64,000 bases of DNA from Candidatus Omnitrophota bacterium (GTDB lineage Bacteria; Omnitrophota; Gorgyraeia; Gygaellales; Profunditerraquicolaceae), in the NCBI GenBank assembly GCA_049275655.1, contig JBASUY010000057.1:5303-69302 (forward strand), written 5' to 3'. Numbering within the stretch: the first letter of the stretch is position 1; each line of letters opens with the position of its first letter. The notes beneath the pieces were generated by a model that was not told the origin of the DNA, did no database searches, and was given only the letters and a program-made list of their open reading frames with translations. Below, in pieces: positions 1 through 9,809 of the stretch. The position numbers and the translations under genes are program-made.

Positions 1-186
1 CATAAAAACCTCTGCCGCTATTTCAGGGGGAATCATACGAAAGACAATCATCTTCCAAGAGGGATTAGAGATGCCAGAAATAAGAAAAGCTATATCTTCC
101 GGATGCTGGGGGATAATCTCTTTAAGGTTAGAGAATTTTCTTTGGACTATTAACTCTTCTATCTCTTTTATAAACTTCTTATCCAT
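1..186 (-). CDS. mgtE: Mg2+ transporter MgtE, N-terminal fragment (gene continues beyond the window start)
   Basis: The reverse-strand ORF starts with ATG (reverse complement of cat at 184-186) and translates MDKKFIKEIEELIVQRKFSNLKEIIPQHPEDIAFLISGISNPSWKMIVFRMIPPEIAAEVF. This matches the MgtE N-domain pattern (hpEDIAdll..l...........lp.e.aAEVF). It is not in the ORF track because it is cut by the window edge. Confidence 0.4.
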   Translation of the reverse strand, partial: MDKKFIKEIEELIVQRKFSNLKEIIPQHPEDIAFLISGISNPSWKMIVFRMIPPEIAAEVFM

Positions 187-199
187 ATTTTAAATATAT

Positions 200-718
200 T
201 TAAAGGTGATACTCTTTTTCTGCCTCCGGCTGGTATAATATCTTTTTAATCTTAAGCCTTCTTAACCCTGCCGGTACTCGCCATTCAATAATATCCCCCA
301 CCTTATACCCCATTATCGCTGTGCCAATAGGGGCTAGTATGGAGATTTTATTTTGTTCTATATCCGCATCCTCAGGATAAACTAAATGGTAAGACTCTTC
401 CTTCCCCGTATCCATATCCTTAAGGCAAACCTTTGAGTTCATGGTAACTACGTCTTTGGGGATTTTATTAATATCTACTACAACCGCCCTCTTAAGCTCA
501 TCCTCAAGCTCTTTAAGCCTCCCTAACTCTGCGTTACTCTTCGGACTTTTTATCCTTCTTAACTCTTTAACCAGCTCCTGTTCATCTCTCTTGCGTAAAC
601 TATCCTCCAACTCATCAAGAGAACGCTGGTCAATACCTTGGCTGGATATCATATTTTTAATTATCTCTTTAAGGCGAGTATAATCCTGCTTTGTTATAAA
701 AATCTTCTTATCCTTCAT
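200..718 (-). CDS. GreA/GreB-family transcription elongation factor-like protein
   Basis: The 172 aa product has an N-terminal charged coiled-coil (LDELEDSLRKRDEQELVKELRRIK) and a C-terminal FKBP-like GreA domain motif (ISILAPIGTAIMGYKVGDIIEW..P.G...LKI). Confidence 0.55.
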   Translation of the reverse strand: MKDKKIFITKQDYTRLKEIIKNMISSQGIDQRSLDELEDSLRKRDEQELVKELRRIKSPKSNAELGRLKELEDELKRAVVVDINKIPKDVVTMNSKVCLKDMDTGKEESYHLVYPEDADIEQNKISILAPIGTAIMGYKVGDIIEWRVPAGLRRLKIKKILYQPEAEKEYHL

Positions 719-758
719 TACTCTTTCTCCTTAAATCCTGTCTCTGGTATAATTTAAA

Positions 759-1295
759 TTAGATAAACGGCCTGAGGCGTACTGATGCCCGCACGTCCCC
801 GACAGTATAGAAAGCGTTTGGGTCAAACTCTTTTATTGCGCATAAGGCCTTCTCTAATAATTTACGCCTCACTATAATAAAGATTATTTTTACCGGGCCA
901 AACGCTCCTTGCGCATCTATTGTTGTCAAGCCATATCCGTTATCGCGAAAATGCCTTAATAATTTAGAAGGGTCTTTATCTGTAATAAACTGAACGGATA
1001 TATTGCCTATGGCTATCTTTTTTTCTATGGTTATGCCTACAAAGTTCCCTAAACTAAACCCGGAGGCAAAGGCAATATAATTAACCGGGTTATTTAGGTT
1101 TTGCATTATTTGGGTAATCCCTACAAGCCAAATCAACATCTCAAAGAACCCTACTAAAGCAGCTAAAAACCTTACTCCCCGGGTAACAAAGATAATCCTT
1201 ATCGCTGACATACTCACATCCGCTGCCCGAAGAATAAAAATCAAAAAAGGAATAGCTATTTGAAGATAGATACTCTGCGGTATATATAATTGCAT
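759..1295 (-). CDS. UPF0316/DUF2179-domain membrane protein
   Basis: The 178 aa product has N-terminal TM helices and a C-terminal segment (GYGLTTIDAQGAFG...IKEFDPNAFYTVGDVRASV) matching the DUF2179 pattern (G.T...G.G.......I..iDP.AF.tv.dv). Confidence 0.4.
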   Translation of the reverse strand: MQLYIPQSIYLQIAIPFLIFILRAADVSMSAIRIIFVTRGVRFLAALVGFFEMLIWLVGITQIMQNLNNPVNYIAFASGFSLGNFVGITIEKKIAIGNISVQFITDKDPSKLLRHFRDNGYGLTTIDAQGAFGPVKIIFIIVRRKLLEKALCAIKEFDPNAFYTVGDVRASVRLRPFI

Positions 1296-1341
1296 AAGGC
1301 CTTCTTTATTCTTAAACCCTTACTTAAATGAATAACTTCAA

Positions 1342-2070
1342 TTAAGTAGGGCTATTTGCCCCTATCAAGATTTTGATCTTTTCTATTAATCCGGCTGCAT
1401 CCTCTGATTTATCATAATACCCGTCGGCACCGGGCAATAACTGCTTCTGGTCATCTTGGCTAAATACGCTGGAGATAATTATTTTTACCCCCGGAAACTC
1501 TCTTTTTATCTGTTCGTAAGTCTCAAGCCCGCTCTTCTGCGGCATGGCAAGGTCAAGAATTACTAAGGCGACCTCTTTGCTTCTCCTTAATATATCCAAC
1601 CCTAAGCTTCCATTATAGGCCTCAATTATGCGGTAACCGTTCTCCTGTAAATAGTGGCGGTAAATCTTTCTAATTCTCGGCTCATCGTCAATTACAAGTA
1701 TGCTTAACTGCCGGGTGAGACTCTGCTTAAGCCTTTTGATTTTCTCCAATAATAAATCAAGCCCTTGCGACTTATCATAATAATCTTCAGCCCCTTTAAT
1801 CATCTTCTTCTGCTCATCAATAGGATATACGCTGGCAACAATAACTTTAACCTTTTTATGAAAGTTCTGCGCTACTTCAAAAAAAATACTCCCATAGACC
1901 TGCGGCATATTGATATCCAAAAGCATTATATCGATCGGCTCTTTATTAAGTATATTGGAAGCTTCTATGGCATCGGGAGCTTCTATAACATCAAATCCTT
2001 CGTTTTTGAGCATAGCACTATACATCTTTCTTACTCTTTCTTCATCCTCAACAATAAGGATTCTTGTCAT
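1342..2070 (-). CDS. Response regulator with two tandem receiver (REC) domains and no output domain
   Basis: There are two CheY-like receiver domains. The first is ILIVEDEERVRKMY...MLLDINMP. The second is ILVIDDEPRIRKIY...LVILDLAMPQKSG with the phospho-acceptor Asp context. The protein is 242 aa. Confidence 0.7.
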   Translation of the reverse strand: MTRILIVEDEERVRKMYSAMLKNEGFDVIEAPDAIEASNILNKEPIDIMLLDINMPQVYGSIFFEVAQNFHKKVKVIVASVYPIDEQKKMIKGAEDYYDKSQGLDLLLEKIKRLKQSLTRQLSILVIDDEPRIRKIYRHYLQENGYRIIEAYNGSLGLDILRRSKEVALVILDLAMPQKSGLETYEQIKREFPGVKIIISSVFSQDDQKQLLPGADGYYDKSEDAAGLIEKIKILIGANSPT

Positions 2071-2275
2071 CTTTTCTCCTTAATTTAACGGGTTAGCCGC
2101 AGAATCAACTTCTACCTACGCCTACCTTTAAAATATTTTTTAAGGTACCCGTTTGTTTTTTAAGCTATAAAAAAATATAACACAAGCCCAATTAAAAAAA
2201 TGTTAAAAATAAATTAAAAAAATTAATAATTTTTTAGAAAGCTAAAACAGGCATTAAGTAAACAAAAAGCCCTTT

Positions 2276-3304
2276 TTAAGAAATGGGAAGAAAGAGGGTA
2301 AAGTTTGTCCCCTCCTCAGAAGAGCTGGCAACCGAAATCTCTCCCCTATGCAATTGGGCTATTGATTGAGCAATGCTTAAACCCAACCCACTACTCGGAG
2401 AAGTATCTTTAATAATTGTATCAATGCGGAAAAACTTATCAAAGAGCTTCGGTAAATTCTCTTCCTTAATCCCAATCCCCGTATCAATTATAGAAACAGA
2501 GGCTTTTTGCCCTTCATACATTAATTGTATCGTTATGCTCCCGCCGGCAAAGGTAAACTTAATCGCATTATCTATTAAGTTAAACAATAGCCGCCTTAGA
2601 TGCAGTTCATCGGCATTCACCATACGGGATTCTTGCGGAACGGCTAATTTTACCGTTATATTCTTTTTGGATGCTAAGACCTTTGCCTGCTCATAGATAA
2701 CACGGATAAACTCTGTTAAATCAACCGGCTCAAATTTTAAAACATCGGGCTGGTAGTTCATTTTAGTTAAAAGAAGCAAGTCCTCAATAATTTTAAGCAT
2801 CCTCTTAGTCTCTTCTAAACTTACGCTAATAACCCTTTTATACTCTTCTTTATCGCGCTCTTTTTTTAAAGCAAACTCTGACTCCCCCCTAATGATAGCT
2901 ATCGGGGTTTTAAGCTCATGGGCGATATACGAACTAGAATCAGTTATATACTCAAAGGATTCGCTTAAGCGAAAAATCATATCATTAAAAGCCTCAATCA
3001 AACGCCCCAACTCCTCATCCACATTTTCAGTTTTTAACCTTAGGCTTAAATCTTCATGGGTTATATTCTTTACCGTATCAGTCATTATTTTAATCGGTTT
3101 TAATATCCTTGAAATTATTAGATGCCCGATAAAATAACCAAGTAGCAAGGTTAGAGGGATAGGCAATAACATAAAGAGGAGTTTGTTGCTTTGTAAAATC
3201 CCTGCGGGCAAAAGAAAAAATACCCCGATATATATAGATAATACAACGCCTAAGATGAATACATATAATAGGCAAACTTTAAATTTTATTGTTTTAGTGC
3301 GCAT
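2276..3304 (-). CDS. Sensor histidine kinase (TM-HAMP-HisKA-HATPase)
   Basis: It has two N-terminal TM helices and an H-box (HELKTPIAIIRGESEF). It has an N box (LFNLIDNAIKFT), a G1 box (IDTGIGI) and a G2 box (GLGLSIAQSIA). Confidence 0.85.
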   Translation of the reverse strand: MRTKTIKFKVCLLYVFILGVVLSIYIGVFFLLPAGILQSNKLLFMLLPIPLTLLLGYFIGHLIISRILKPIKIMTDTVKNITHEDLSLRLKTENVDEELGRLIEAFNDMIFRLSESFEYITDSSSYIAHELKTPIAIIRGESEFALKKERDKEEYKRVISVSLEETKRMLKIIEDLLLLTKMNYQPDVLKFEPVDLTEFIRVIYEQAKVLASKKNITVKLAVPQESRMVNADELHLRRLLFNLIDNAIKFTFAGGSITIQLMYEGQKASVSIIDTGIGIKEENLPKLFDKFFRIDTIIKDTSPSSGLGLSIAQSIAQLHRGEISVASSSEEGTNFTLFLPIS

Positions 3305-3306
3305 GA

Positions 3307-3975
3307 TTACTCCCTTAAAAGATAGCCCTTGCCGTGGATGGTATGGATTAACTTTTTTTTGTGTCCCTTATCAATCTTTTTACGTAAAAAATTCATATAG
3401 ACATCAATGACATTAGTAAAACTATCAAAATCTTCGTGCCATACATGCTCGGATATCATCGTCCTCGTGACGACGGAAGAAGCGTTAACCATAAGGTATT
3501 CTAAAAGCGCAAACTCCTTGCTGGTTAATTTAATTTCTTTTCCTGCCCTGGCAACCCTATGTTTAAGCTTATCCATCTCTAAATCTCCAACTCTAATAAT
3601 GCCGGTTTTATCTTTATTCTCACGGCGCAATAGCGCGCTAATTCTGGCCAACAACTCTTCAAAGGCAAAGGGCTTTGCTAAATAATCGTCGGCGCCCGAA
3701 TTTAACCCTAAAACCTTATCCCGCACCCTATCTTTAGAGGTAAGCATTAAAATAGGTACATTTATTCCTTTATTTCTAAGCTCACGGCAAACAGAAATGC
3801 CGTCTTTAAGCGGAAGGATAACATCAAGTATGATAAGGTCATACGTGTTTATCTCGGCCTGAAATAAAGCCTCTTGTCCATCGCCGGCTATATCAACGAC
3901 ATAATCCTCTTCTTTTAAACCGCGAGCGATAAAACTTGCTATCTTAATCTCATCTTCAACCAAAAGAATGCGCAT
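3307..3975 (-). CDS. OmpR/PhoB-family response regulator
   Basis: It has a REC domain (MRILLVEDEIKIA...LDVILPLKDG) and a C-terminal winged-helix trans_reg_C domain (LTSKEFALLEYLMVNASSVVTRTMISEHVW). It abuts the kinase gene with a 2-nt gap. Confidence 0.85.
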   Translation of the reverse strand: MRILLVEDEIKIASFIARGLKEEDYVVDIAGDGQEALFQAEINTYDLIILDVILPLKDGISVCRELRNKGINVPILMLTSKDRVRDKVLGLNSGADDYLAKPFAFEELLARISALLRRENKDKTGIIRVGDLEMDKLKHRVARAGKEIKLTSKEFALLEYLMVNASSVVTRTMISEHVWHEDFDSFTNVIDVYMNFLRKKIDKGHKKKLIHTIHGKGYLLRE

Positions 3976-3999
3976 TTTTACTTTTTTCTTTTTGACACC

Positions 4000-5448
4000 T
4001 TACGCTAAAGCCCTTTGAAAAACAGCAAGGTCATCTTTATTTGCAAGTACCAACAAGACATCCCCGCCTTCTATAACCGTAGGCCCGGCAGGGATAATAA
4101 ACTTATTGTTTCTTGAGATAAGCATAATAAGGCATTTCTCAGGCACCTTTAAATCACGGATCATCTTGCCTACAGAACTTGAATTATACGGGACTATTAT
4201 ATCGGTTAACTCTGCGTCAATATTCTTTGTCTTTTCAAATTCAATAGGGTAGCGCGCTTTATCAATCCACGGAGCAGATACCTTTAGCGCCTTAGAGATA
4301 ACCGGTATTGATGTCCCCTGAATAAGAACTGAGGCAATAACAATAAAAAAGACGATATTAAAAATAATCCCTGCCTGCGTAATCCCGGCCATAAAAGGAA
4401 AGGTCGCTAAAATAATAGGAACCGAACCTCTAAGCCCTACCCAAGCAACCATAATTTTTTTACGCATCTTCATTTTAAACGGCAAGAGGCAAAGCAATAC
4501 GCTCACGGGCCGGGCAACTATCATAAGGAGAAATGTCAATAACAACCCCGGCTTTACCAACGGCAAAATTTGCGAAGGAAAGACAAGTAACCCTAAGGTT
4601 ACAAACATCGTAATCTGCATCAGCCAGGCTAACCCATCATGAAACTTTAAAATCATCCTTTTATTCGGAAACTCTGCTTTCCCAAGCATTAAGCCGGCGA
4701 CATAGACAGCTAATATCCCATTGCCCTTTAAAGATACGGCAACTACATAAGTTAAGAGTACTAAAGATATCATTACCGCCGGATAAAGCCCTTCATAATA
4801 CAACTTAAGCCGGCTGATAGAAAATACAATAATTTTGGCCATTAAATACCCTATGGCCGCACCCATCCCCATATCTATAAAAAACCTAGGGACCAAAGAA
4901 AAAATATTCGCATCCTTTGCAATTATGATACTAAGAAAACCGGCGGTTAAAAATACTGCCATCGGGTCATTGCTACCGGATTCAAATTCAAGCAACGGTT
5001 TTAAGGGCTGCTTTAAGCTTATGCGCTTGGAGCGCAATATACTAAATACCGCTGCAGCATCAGTAGAAGAGACTATAGAACCTAAGAGTAATCCTTCTAA
5101 GAGAGAAAACTTAAAGATATAAACGGCAAATATGCCTGTTATAATCGCAGTCAACAATACTCCTGCGGTAGAGAGGATTACCCCTTGCCAAAGAACGGGT
5201 TTAGTCTCTCTCCAATTAGTGTCAAGCCCGCCGGAGAAGATAATAAAGATAAGCGCAACAATCCCTATGGATTTTGCCAGATGCGCGTTATCAAAGTAAA
5301 TCTTTCCTAACCCCTCAGAGCCAACGAGCATCCCGATAACTAAAAAGAGAAGAAGAGCAGGTATGGCAAACCTATCCGAGAGCTTGCTTGAAATAGCGCT
5401 TACGAATACTAATACTGCGACCCAGAGTAATATCGTCTCTAATGCCAT
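4000..5448 (-). CDS. K+/H+ (cation:proton) antiporter, CPA1/NhaP2-type with C-terminal TrkA-C (RCK_C) domain
   Basis: The 482 aa product has about 12 TM helices typical of Na_H_exchanger proteins. Its C-terminal soluble domain (DAELTDIIVPYNSSSVGKMIRDLKVPEKCLIMLISRNNKFIIPAGPTVIEGGDVLLVL) matches TrkA-C. Confidence 0.7.
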   Translation of the reverse strand: MALETILLWVAVLVFVSAISSKLSDRFAIPALLLFLVIGMLVGSEGLGKIYFDNAHLAKSIGIVALIFIIFSGGLDTNWRETKPVLWQGVILSTAGVLLTAIITGIFAVYIFKFSLLEGLLLGSIVSSTDAAAVFSILRSKRISLKQPLKPLLEFESGSNDPMAVFLTAGFLSIIIAKDANIFSLVPRFFIDMGMGAAIGYLMAKIIVFSISRLKLYYEGLYPAVMISLVLLTYVVAVSLKGNGILAVYVAGLMLGKAEFPNKRMILKFHDGLAWLMQITMFVTLGLLVFPSQILPLVKPGLLLTFLLMIVARPVSVLLCLLPFKMKMRKKIMVAWVGLRGSVPIILATFPFMAGITQAGIIFNIVFFIVIASVLIQGTSIPVISKALKVSAPWIDKARYPIEFEKTKNIDAELTDIIVPYNSSSVGKMIRDLKVPEKCLIMLISRNNKFIIPAGPTVIEGGDVLLVLANKDDLAVFQRALA

Positions 5449-5484
5449 AAAAAATCTTCCTTATTTTCTATCAAATAATTTTAA

Positions 5485-5556
5485 CTGCCCCGCATGGACT
5501 CGAACCATGATAGTCAGATCCAGAATCTGAAGTCCTACCGATTAGACGACAGGGCA
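5485..5556 (-). tRNA. tRNA-Gln (anticodon CTG)
   Basis: The reverse complement folds as a cloverleaf. It has a U1:A72 first pair characteristic of tRNA-Gln, the anticodon loop ttCTGga and a T-loop GGTTCGAGTCC. Confidence 0.8.
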
Positions 5557-5563
5557 AAAATAA

Positions 5564-6175
5564 TTATTCTTTTTCTACACCCGCGCTATAGGATTGTATT
5601 TGCGGCATATTTTTCATAGCCTCTTCAATAGCACTGCGGTATTCAGCCGGCAACTTAGAGAGAGCCGTAGATATATTCTGAGGATCGCTCTGGATAGATT
5701 CAATCAACTGCTGATATTCAGGAGGAAGATTGGCTATTATATAAGCTGTATCTAAATTTACCGGCGATGTGTGTTTAATACCTTCATTTAACTCTCCTAT
5801 AGGCATATCAGTCGGAATATTAAAAATGTCTTTATCCATTATTTCTTCTGCATAATTATCGTTTTCGAATGATTCCTTATCGGACTGAATAGGATAATGC
5901 TCTGCAAGAGCAGAAAAATCAATAGGAGAATACGCCGGCTTAAAACCAAGCCCTTTCTCTGGAGAGAGCAAATTTGCCGCTCCTTGAGATACGCTATCAA
6001 TCTCATCATTATAGTAGGTTAAATCCACTCCTTGAAAGCTTATCTTTATATACTCGTCTGTCCTCTCTATAATATCGCCCTCTATCCTTTGGCCGGTTTT
6101 AAGTAAAATTGTCTCCGCAAAAAGATAAGGCACAAAAAATAAAACTACTAACATAAGGATAAATACTTTTTTCAT
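5564..6175 (-). CDS. Secreted hypothetical protein (signal peptide)
   Basis: It has an N-terminal signal peptide (MKKVFILMLVVLFFVPYLFA) and no recognisable family. Confidence 0.5.
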   Translation of the reverse strand: MKKVFILMLVVLFFVPYLFAETILLKTGQRIEGDIIERTDEYIKISFQGVDLTYYNDEIDSVSQGAANLLSPEKGLGFKPAYSPIDFSALAEHYPIQSDKESFENDNYAEEIMDKDIFNIPTDMPIGELNEGIKHTSPVNLDTAYIIANLPPEYQQLIESIQSDPQNISTALSKLPAEYRSAIEEAMKNMPQIQSYSAGVEKE

Positions 6176-6189
6176 ACGCTCCTACCTTT

Positions 6190-7485
6190 TTATTTTATAA
6201 ATCTTGCTAACCTCTTAATTGTTCTATCAATACCTAAATAATATATCACCTCAAATAACCCCGGGCCTATGGTCTTTCCGGTAAGTGCAACCCTCACCGG
6301 GTGTATCAAAACCCTTGCTTCAATCCCTAACTCGCTTACTAGGTTACGGAAGCTCTCCTCAATACTGACAATATCAAATTTCTTTAATGCTCTAAGCCGT
6401 TCGGAGAAGAGCAAAAATTCATGCGAAAAATCCTTGCTTAAATACTTCTCCTTAGCCTTAGGCTCAACGCTGACTTCTTCTAAAAAGAAGAAATCCGCCC
6501 AATCACAAAAATCATTAACCAATCCAAGCCTCGGCTTAAATAATTCTATCAGAGAGAGAAGATAATTTCTATCAAAATCAGCTTCTTTAATGTATCCCTT
6601 TTCTTTTAATAGAGGTATTAGCTGTTCAAGGAGCTTAGCGCTATCCTCATTTTTAATATACTGATTATTGACCCACCCTAATTTTTTTAGGTCAAATGTA
6701 GCTGCAGTCTTATTTACACAAGATAAATCAAATAACTTTACAGCCTCATCTATATCAATAATCTCCCGGTTCTCGCCCGGAGCCCAACTTAAAAGCAAAA
6801 GGTAATTAACCAAGGCTTTTGGCAGATACCCCATTGCCCGGTAATCACTTATGGCGGTTGCCCCTGTCCTCTTAGAGAGCCTGCCTCCTTCCATGCCTAG
6901 AATCAGCGGAAGATGGGCAAAGAGAGGGGTCTTAAAACCTAATGCTTCATACAAGAGTAATTGTTTAGGCGTATTAGATATATGGTCATCTCCGCGGATT
7001 ACATGGGTTATATCGGTTGTCGCATCGTCTATAACACAGGCAAAGTTATAGGTAGGGGTTCCGTCTGACTTTATCAAGACCTGGTCCTTTATCACCTCTG
7101 AGTCAAATTCAATCTCTCCGCGGATTAAATCACAAACCTTTATCTTTTGCGGGGTTACTTTAAATATTATCGCCTCCCCCTCTTTCTCGGGGGATTTTTC
7201 TGTATATGCCTTACCTGACTTAAGAAGTCTTTGGGCAAAATCATTGTAGATGCTCGGGCGCTGGCTCTGATAATATATCTCATCCCAGCTAAACCCAAGC
7301 CATTGCAAGCTATTTAATATCTCATCTACAAACTCCTGTTTAGAGCGTAATTTATCCGTATCTTCTATCCTTAAGATAAACTTGCCTGACTTTGCCTTTG
7401 CATAAAGCCAATTAAAAAGCGCAGTCCGTCCGCCGCCTATATGTAGATTACCCGTCGGGCTTGGAGCAAACCTTACCCTAACCAT
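6190..7485 (-). CDS. gltX: Glutamate--tRNA ligase (short form, 431 aa)
   Basis: It has class I aaRS motifs. The HIGH region reads RFAPSPTGNLHIGGGRTALFNWL and is followed by ILRIEDTD. The KMSKS-like motif is RLSKR. The C-terminal anticodon-binding helix pattern is RVALTGKTIGPGLFEVIYYLG. Confidence 0.85.
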   Translation of the reverse strand: MVRVRFAPSPTGNLHIGGGRTALFNWLYAKAKSGKFILRIEDTDKLRSKQEFVDEILNSLQWLGFSWDEIYYQSQRPSIYNDFAQRLLKSGKAYTEKSPEKEGEAIIFKVTPQKIKVCDLIRGEIEFDSEVIKDQVLIKSDGTPTYNFACVIDDATTDITHVIRGDDHISNTPKQLLLYEALGFKTPLFAHLPLILGMEGGRLSKRTGATAISDYRAMGYLPKALVNYLLLLSWAPGENREIIDIDEAVKLFDLSCVNKTAATFDLKKLGWVNNQYIKNEDSAKLLEQLIPLLKEKGYIKEADFDRNYLLSLIELFKPRLGLVNDFCDWADFFFLEEVSVEPKAKEKYLSKDFSHEFLLFSERLRALKKFDIVSIEESFRNLVSELGIEARVLIHPVRVALTGKTIGPGLFEVIYYLGIDRTIKRLARFIK

Positions 7486-8009
7486 TATAAAGCCCTCCCT
7501 GCCTGTAAAGCTTTCTCATTAATCTTTATAATGCCTTTTCTATCTGCGGGAGCCATCTTACCTATCGCCCTTAATACGCTCTTCTCTTGAAGAGTTTTAC
7601 TAAACTTTAAGTAACTGCCTAATGCCACCATGTTCGCTACTTTTACATTGCCTAATTTTACCGCAATATCAGTAAAAGGGAATTGCTCTATTTGTAATTT
7701 ATTTTTTACCGGGCCAACCAAAGAACTATTAACAATTATCCTTCCGTTTTTATTCACTCTCAATCTAAACTTCTCGTAAGAAAGATTATTCATAATAATC
7801 AAGGCATCTGCCTTATCAACATAAGGAGAACCAATCTCATTATCCGAGATAACTAACATACAATGTGCAGTGCCTCCTCTGACCTCAGCACCATAAGCAG
7901 GAAGCCAAGTAACAAATTTACCCTCATCCATAGCCGCCTCTGCTATAACCTTACCTAAAAGCATAATCCCCTGCCCGCCGCTTCCGGCGATAATTATCTT
8001 CTCTGTCAT
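7485..8009 (-). CDS. porG: 2-oxoacid (pyruvate/2-ketoisovalerate):ferredoxin oxidoreductase gamma subunit
   Basis: The product contains IIIAGSGGQGIMLLGKVIAEAA...YGAEVRGG, the POR gamma signature. It is the last gene of a four-gene cluster. Confidence 0.8.
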   Translation of the reverse strand: MTEKIIIAGSGGQGIMLLGKVIAEAAMDEGKFVTWLPAYGAEVRGGTAHCMLVISDNEIGSPYVDKADALIIMNNLSYEKFRLRVNKNGRIIVNSSLVGPVKNKLQIEQFPFTDIAVKLGNVKVANMVALGSYLKFSKTLQEKSVLRAIGKMAPADRKGIIKINEKALQAGRAL

Positions 8010-8734
8010 TTTATCCTGCCTAAAGGAAACTCTTTTACTACCTCTTCTTTAATCCTCTTTAATGCCTCAACCGCAGATAATCTCCAATAAGTCGGGCAAG
8101 GAGAGAGTATCTCAACCATAGAAAAGCCAACCCCTTCTATTTGGTTTAAAAAAGCCTGTTTTACCGCCCTTTTAGTTTTTATAACCTCCTGCGCAGAATG
8201 CAATGAAACTCTCTCAATATATTTTACCCCCGGTAACAAGGCAAGCATCTCTGATATCCTTAAAGGAAATCCGTGCTTCTTTGCCTGCCTACCCAATACT
8301 GTAGTCGCTGTCTTTTGGTTAATCAGGGTAGTCGGAGCCATCTGCCCTCCGGTCATCCCATAAACCCCATTATTAATAAAAATTACAGTAAGATTTTCTC
8401 CGCGGTTAGCCGCGTGTATTGTCTCATTAGCTCCTATGGCAGCCAAGTCTCCGTCTCCTTGATAAGTAAAGACTATATTTTTAGGCCTTACCCTTTTTAT
8501 TGCTGTGGCAACTGCTAATGCTCTCCCATGCGCAGACTCTGAGCAATCAAAATCCCAATAATCATAGGCAATTACTGCGCATCCTACCGGAGCAACCGCA
8601 ATTACCCTCTCTCTTATCTTTAACTCATCTATAATCTCAGCGATAATCCTATGCGCTATGCCATGCCCGCACCCAGGGCAATAGTGAGTAGGAATGTTGC
8701 GTAAAGATTTAGGATGGGCGTATATCTTATCCAT
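8006..8734 (-). CDS. porB: 2-oxoacid:ferredoxin oxidoreductase beta subunit (TPP-binding)
   Basis: It has a CPGCGHG motif and a GDG...N TPP-binding motif (YQGDGDLAAIGANE...NNGVYGMTGGQ). Confidence 0.85.
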   Translation of the reverse strand: MDKIYAHPKSLRNIPTHYCPGCGHGIAHRIIAEIIDELKIRERVIAVAPVGCAVIAYDYWDFDCSESAHGRALAVATAIKRVRPKNIVFTYQGDGDLAAIGANETIHAANRGENLTVIFINNGVYGMTGGQMAPTTLINQKTATTVLGRQAKKHGFPLRISEMLALLPGVKYIERVSLHSAQEVIKTKRAVKQAFLNQIEGVGFSMVEILSPCPTYWRLSAVEALKRIKEEVVKEFPLGRIK

Positions 8735-9809
8735 ATAATTTAACTACCCTTTTGATAATCTCTTCTTCTGACAAAACCCCTCCTCCTGCCCTGCCTAAAA
8801 AATCAACCTCTGCCCTTCCTTTAAGAGCAAGCCGAACATCTTCAACCATCTGGCCATAAGACATCTCAAGGACTAAATAACGCTTCTTACTCTTTACTCT
8901 TGTATTTACCCTATTAAATGCCTTAATCGGAAAAGGCCAGAGAGTTATCGGGCGTATCAATCCTGCCCTTATCCCCATTTTTCTTAAAGATTTAAGCGCA
9001 GACTTAGCAATCCTTGCCATTGTCCCATAAGCAACCAAGATAATCTTAGCATCAGACACACTTACTTCTTCATAGCGCTCTTCATCTTTGACAATCTGCG
9101 CATATTTTTTTTGCAGCTTAAGATTAAACTTCTCTAAATCTCCTGCGCGCATATAAAAAGACTTTATAATATTCTGCCTTCTCTCCTTACAACCTGTAAG
9201 CGCCCACGGCTTATCTATCGGTTTTTGCCTGCTCCTATTAGAACCTAAAGGGATAATAATAGGCTCCATCATCTGGCCTAACATCCCATCCCCTAAGACA
9301 ATCACCGGGTTTCGGTATCTATCCGCAAGGCAAAAAGCAGTCTTCATAATATCAAATGACTCCTGCACAGAAGATGGCGCTAAGACTATGCAACGGTATT
9401 CTCCATTTCCTCCACCGCGCGTTGCCTGAAAATAATCGGATTGCGCAGGCCAGATATTGCCTAAACCCGGGCCTGCGCGCATAATATTTACAATTACCGC
9501 AGGAAGCTCTGAACCGGCAAGGTATGATATTCCCTCTTGTTTTAGGCTTATACCCGGGCTTGAAGAAGAGGTCATCGCAGAAGCCCCTGCAGCAGAAGCA
9601 CCATAAACCATATTTATCGCGGCAATCTCAGACTCTGCCTGTATAAAGACCCCATCATCAGGCATATGTTCGGACATATAACCAATGAGCTCATTTTGCG
9701 GCGTTATAGGATACCCGGCATAAAACTTACAGCCAGCGTCTATTGCGCCTTCAGCTATGGCCTCATTCCCTGAAATCAATACTTTTTTTTGCGACTCTTT
9801 TCTTGCCAT
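8727..9809 (-). CDS. porA: 2-oxoacid:ferredoxin oxidoreductase alpha subunit
   Basis: The product begins MARKESQKKVLISGNEAIAEGAIDAGC, a typical POR alpha N-terminus. The ORF track extends it to 9863. The conserved N-terminus suggests the true start is the internal Met at about 9809, overlapping the delta gene. Confidence 0.8.
   Translation of the reverse strand: MARKESQKKVLISGNEAIAEGAIDAGCKFYAGYPITPQNELIGYMSEHMPDDGVFIQAESEIAAINMVYGASAAGASAMTSSSSPGISLKQEGISYLAGSELPAVIVNIMRAGPGLGNIWPAQSDYFQATRGGGNGEYRCIVLAPSSVQESFDIMKTAFCLADRYRNPVIVLGDGMLGQMMEPIIIPLGSNRSRQKPIDKPWALTGCKERRQNIIKSFYMRAGDLEKFNLKLQKKYAQIVKDEERYEEVSVSDAKIILVAYGTMARIAKSALKSLRKMGIRAGLIRPITLWPFPIKAFNRVNTRVKSKKRYLVLEMSYGQMVEDVRLALKGRAEVDFLGRAGGGVLSEEEIIKRVVKLYG

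Noticed and set aside
2071-2275. A very AT-rich 205-nt spacer with poly-A tracts between the histidine kinase gene and the tandem-REC gene; I considered a repeat or mobile-element remnant.
   Set aside because: There are no direct or inverted repeats or coding potential. It is most simply a promoter/UP-element region for the downstream REC-REC gene.
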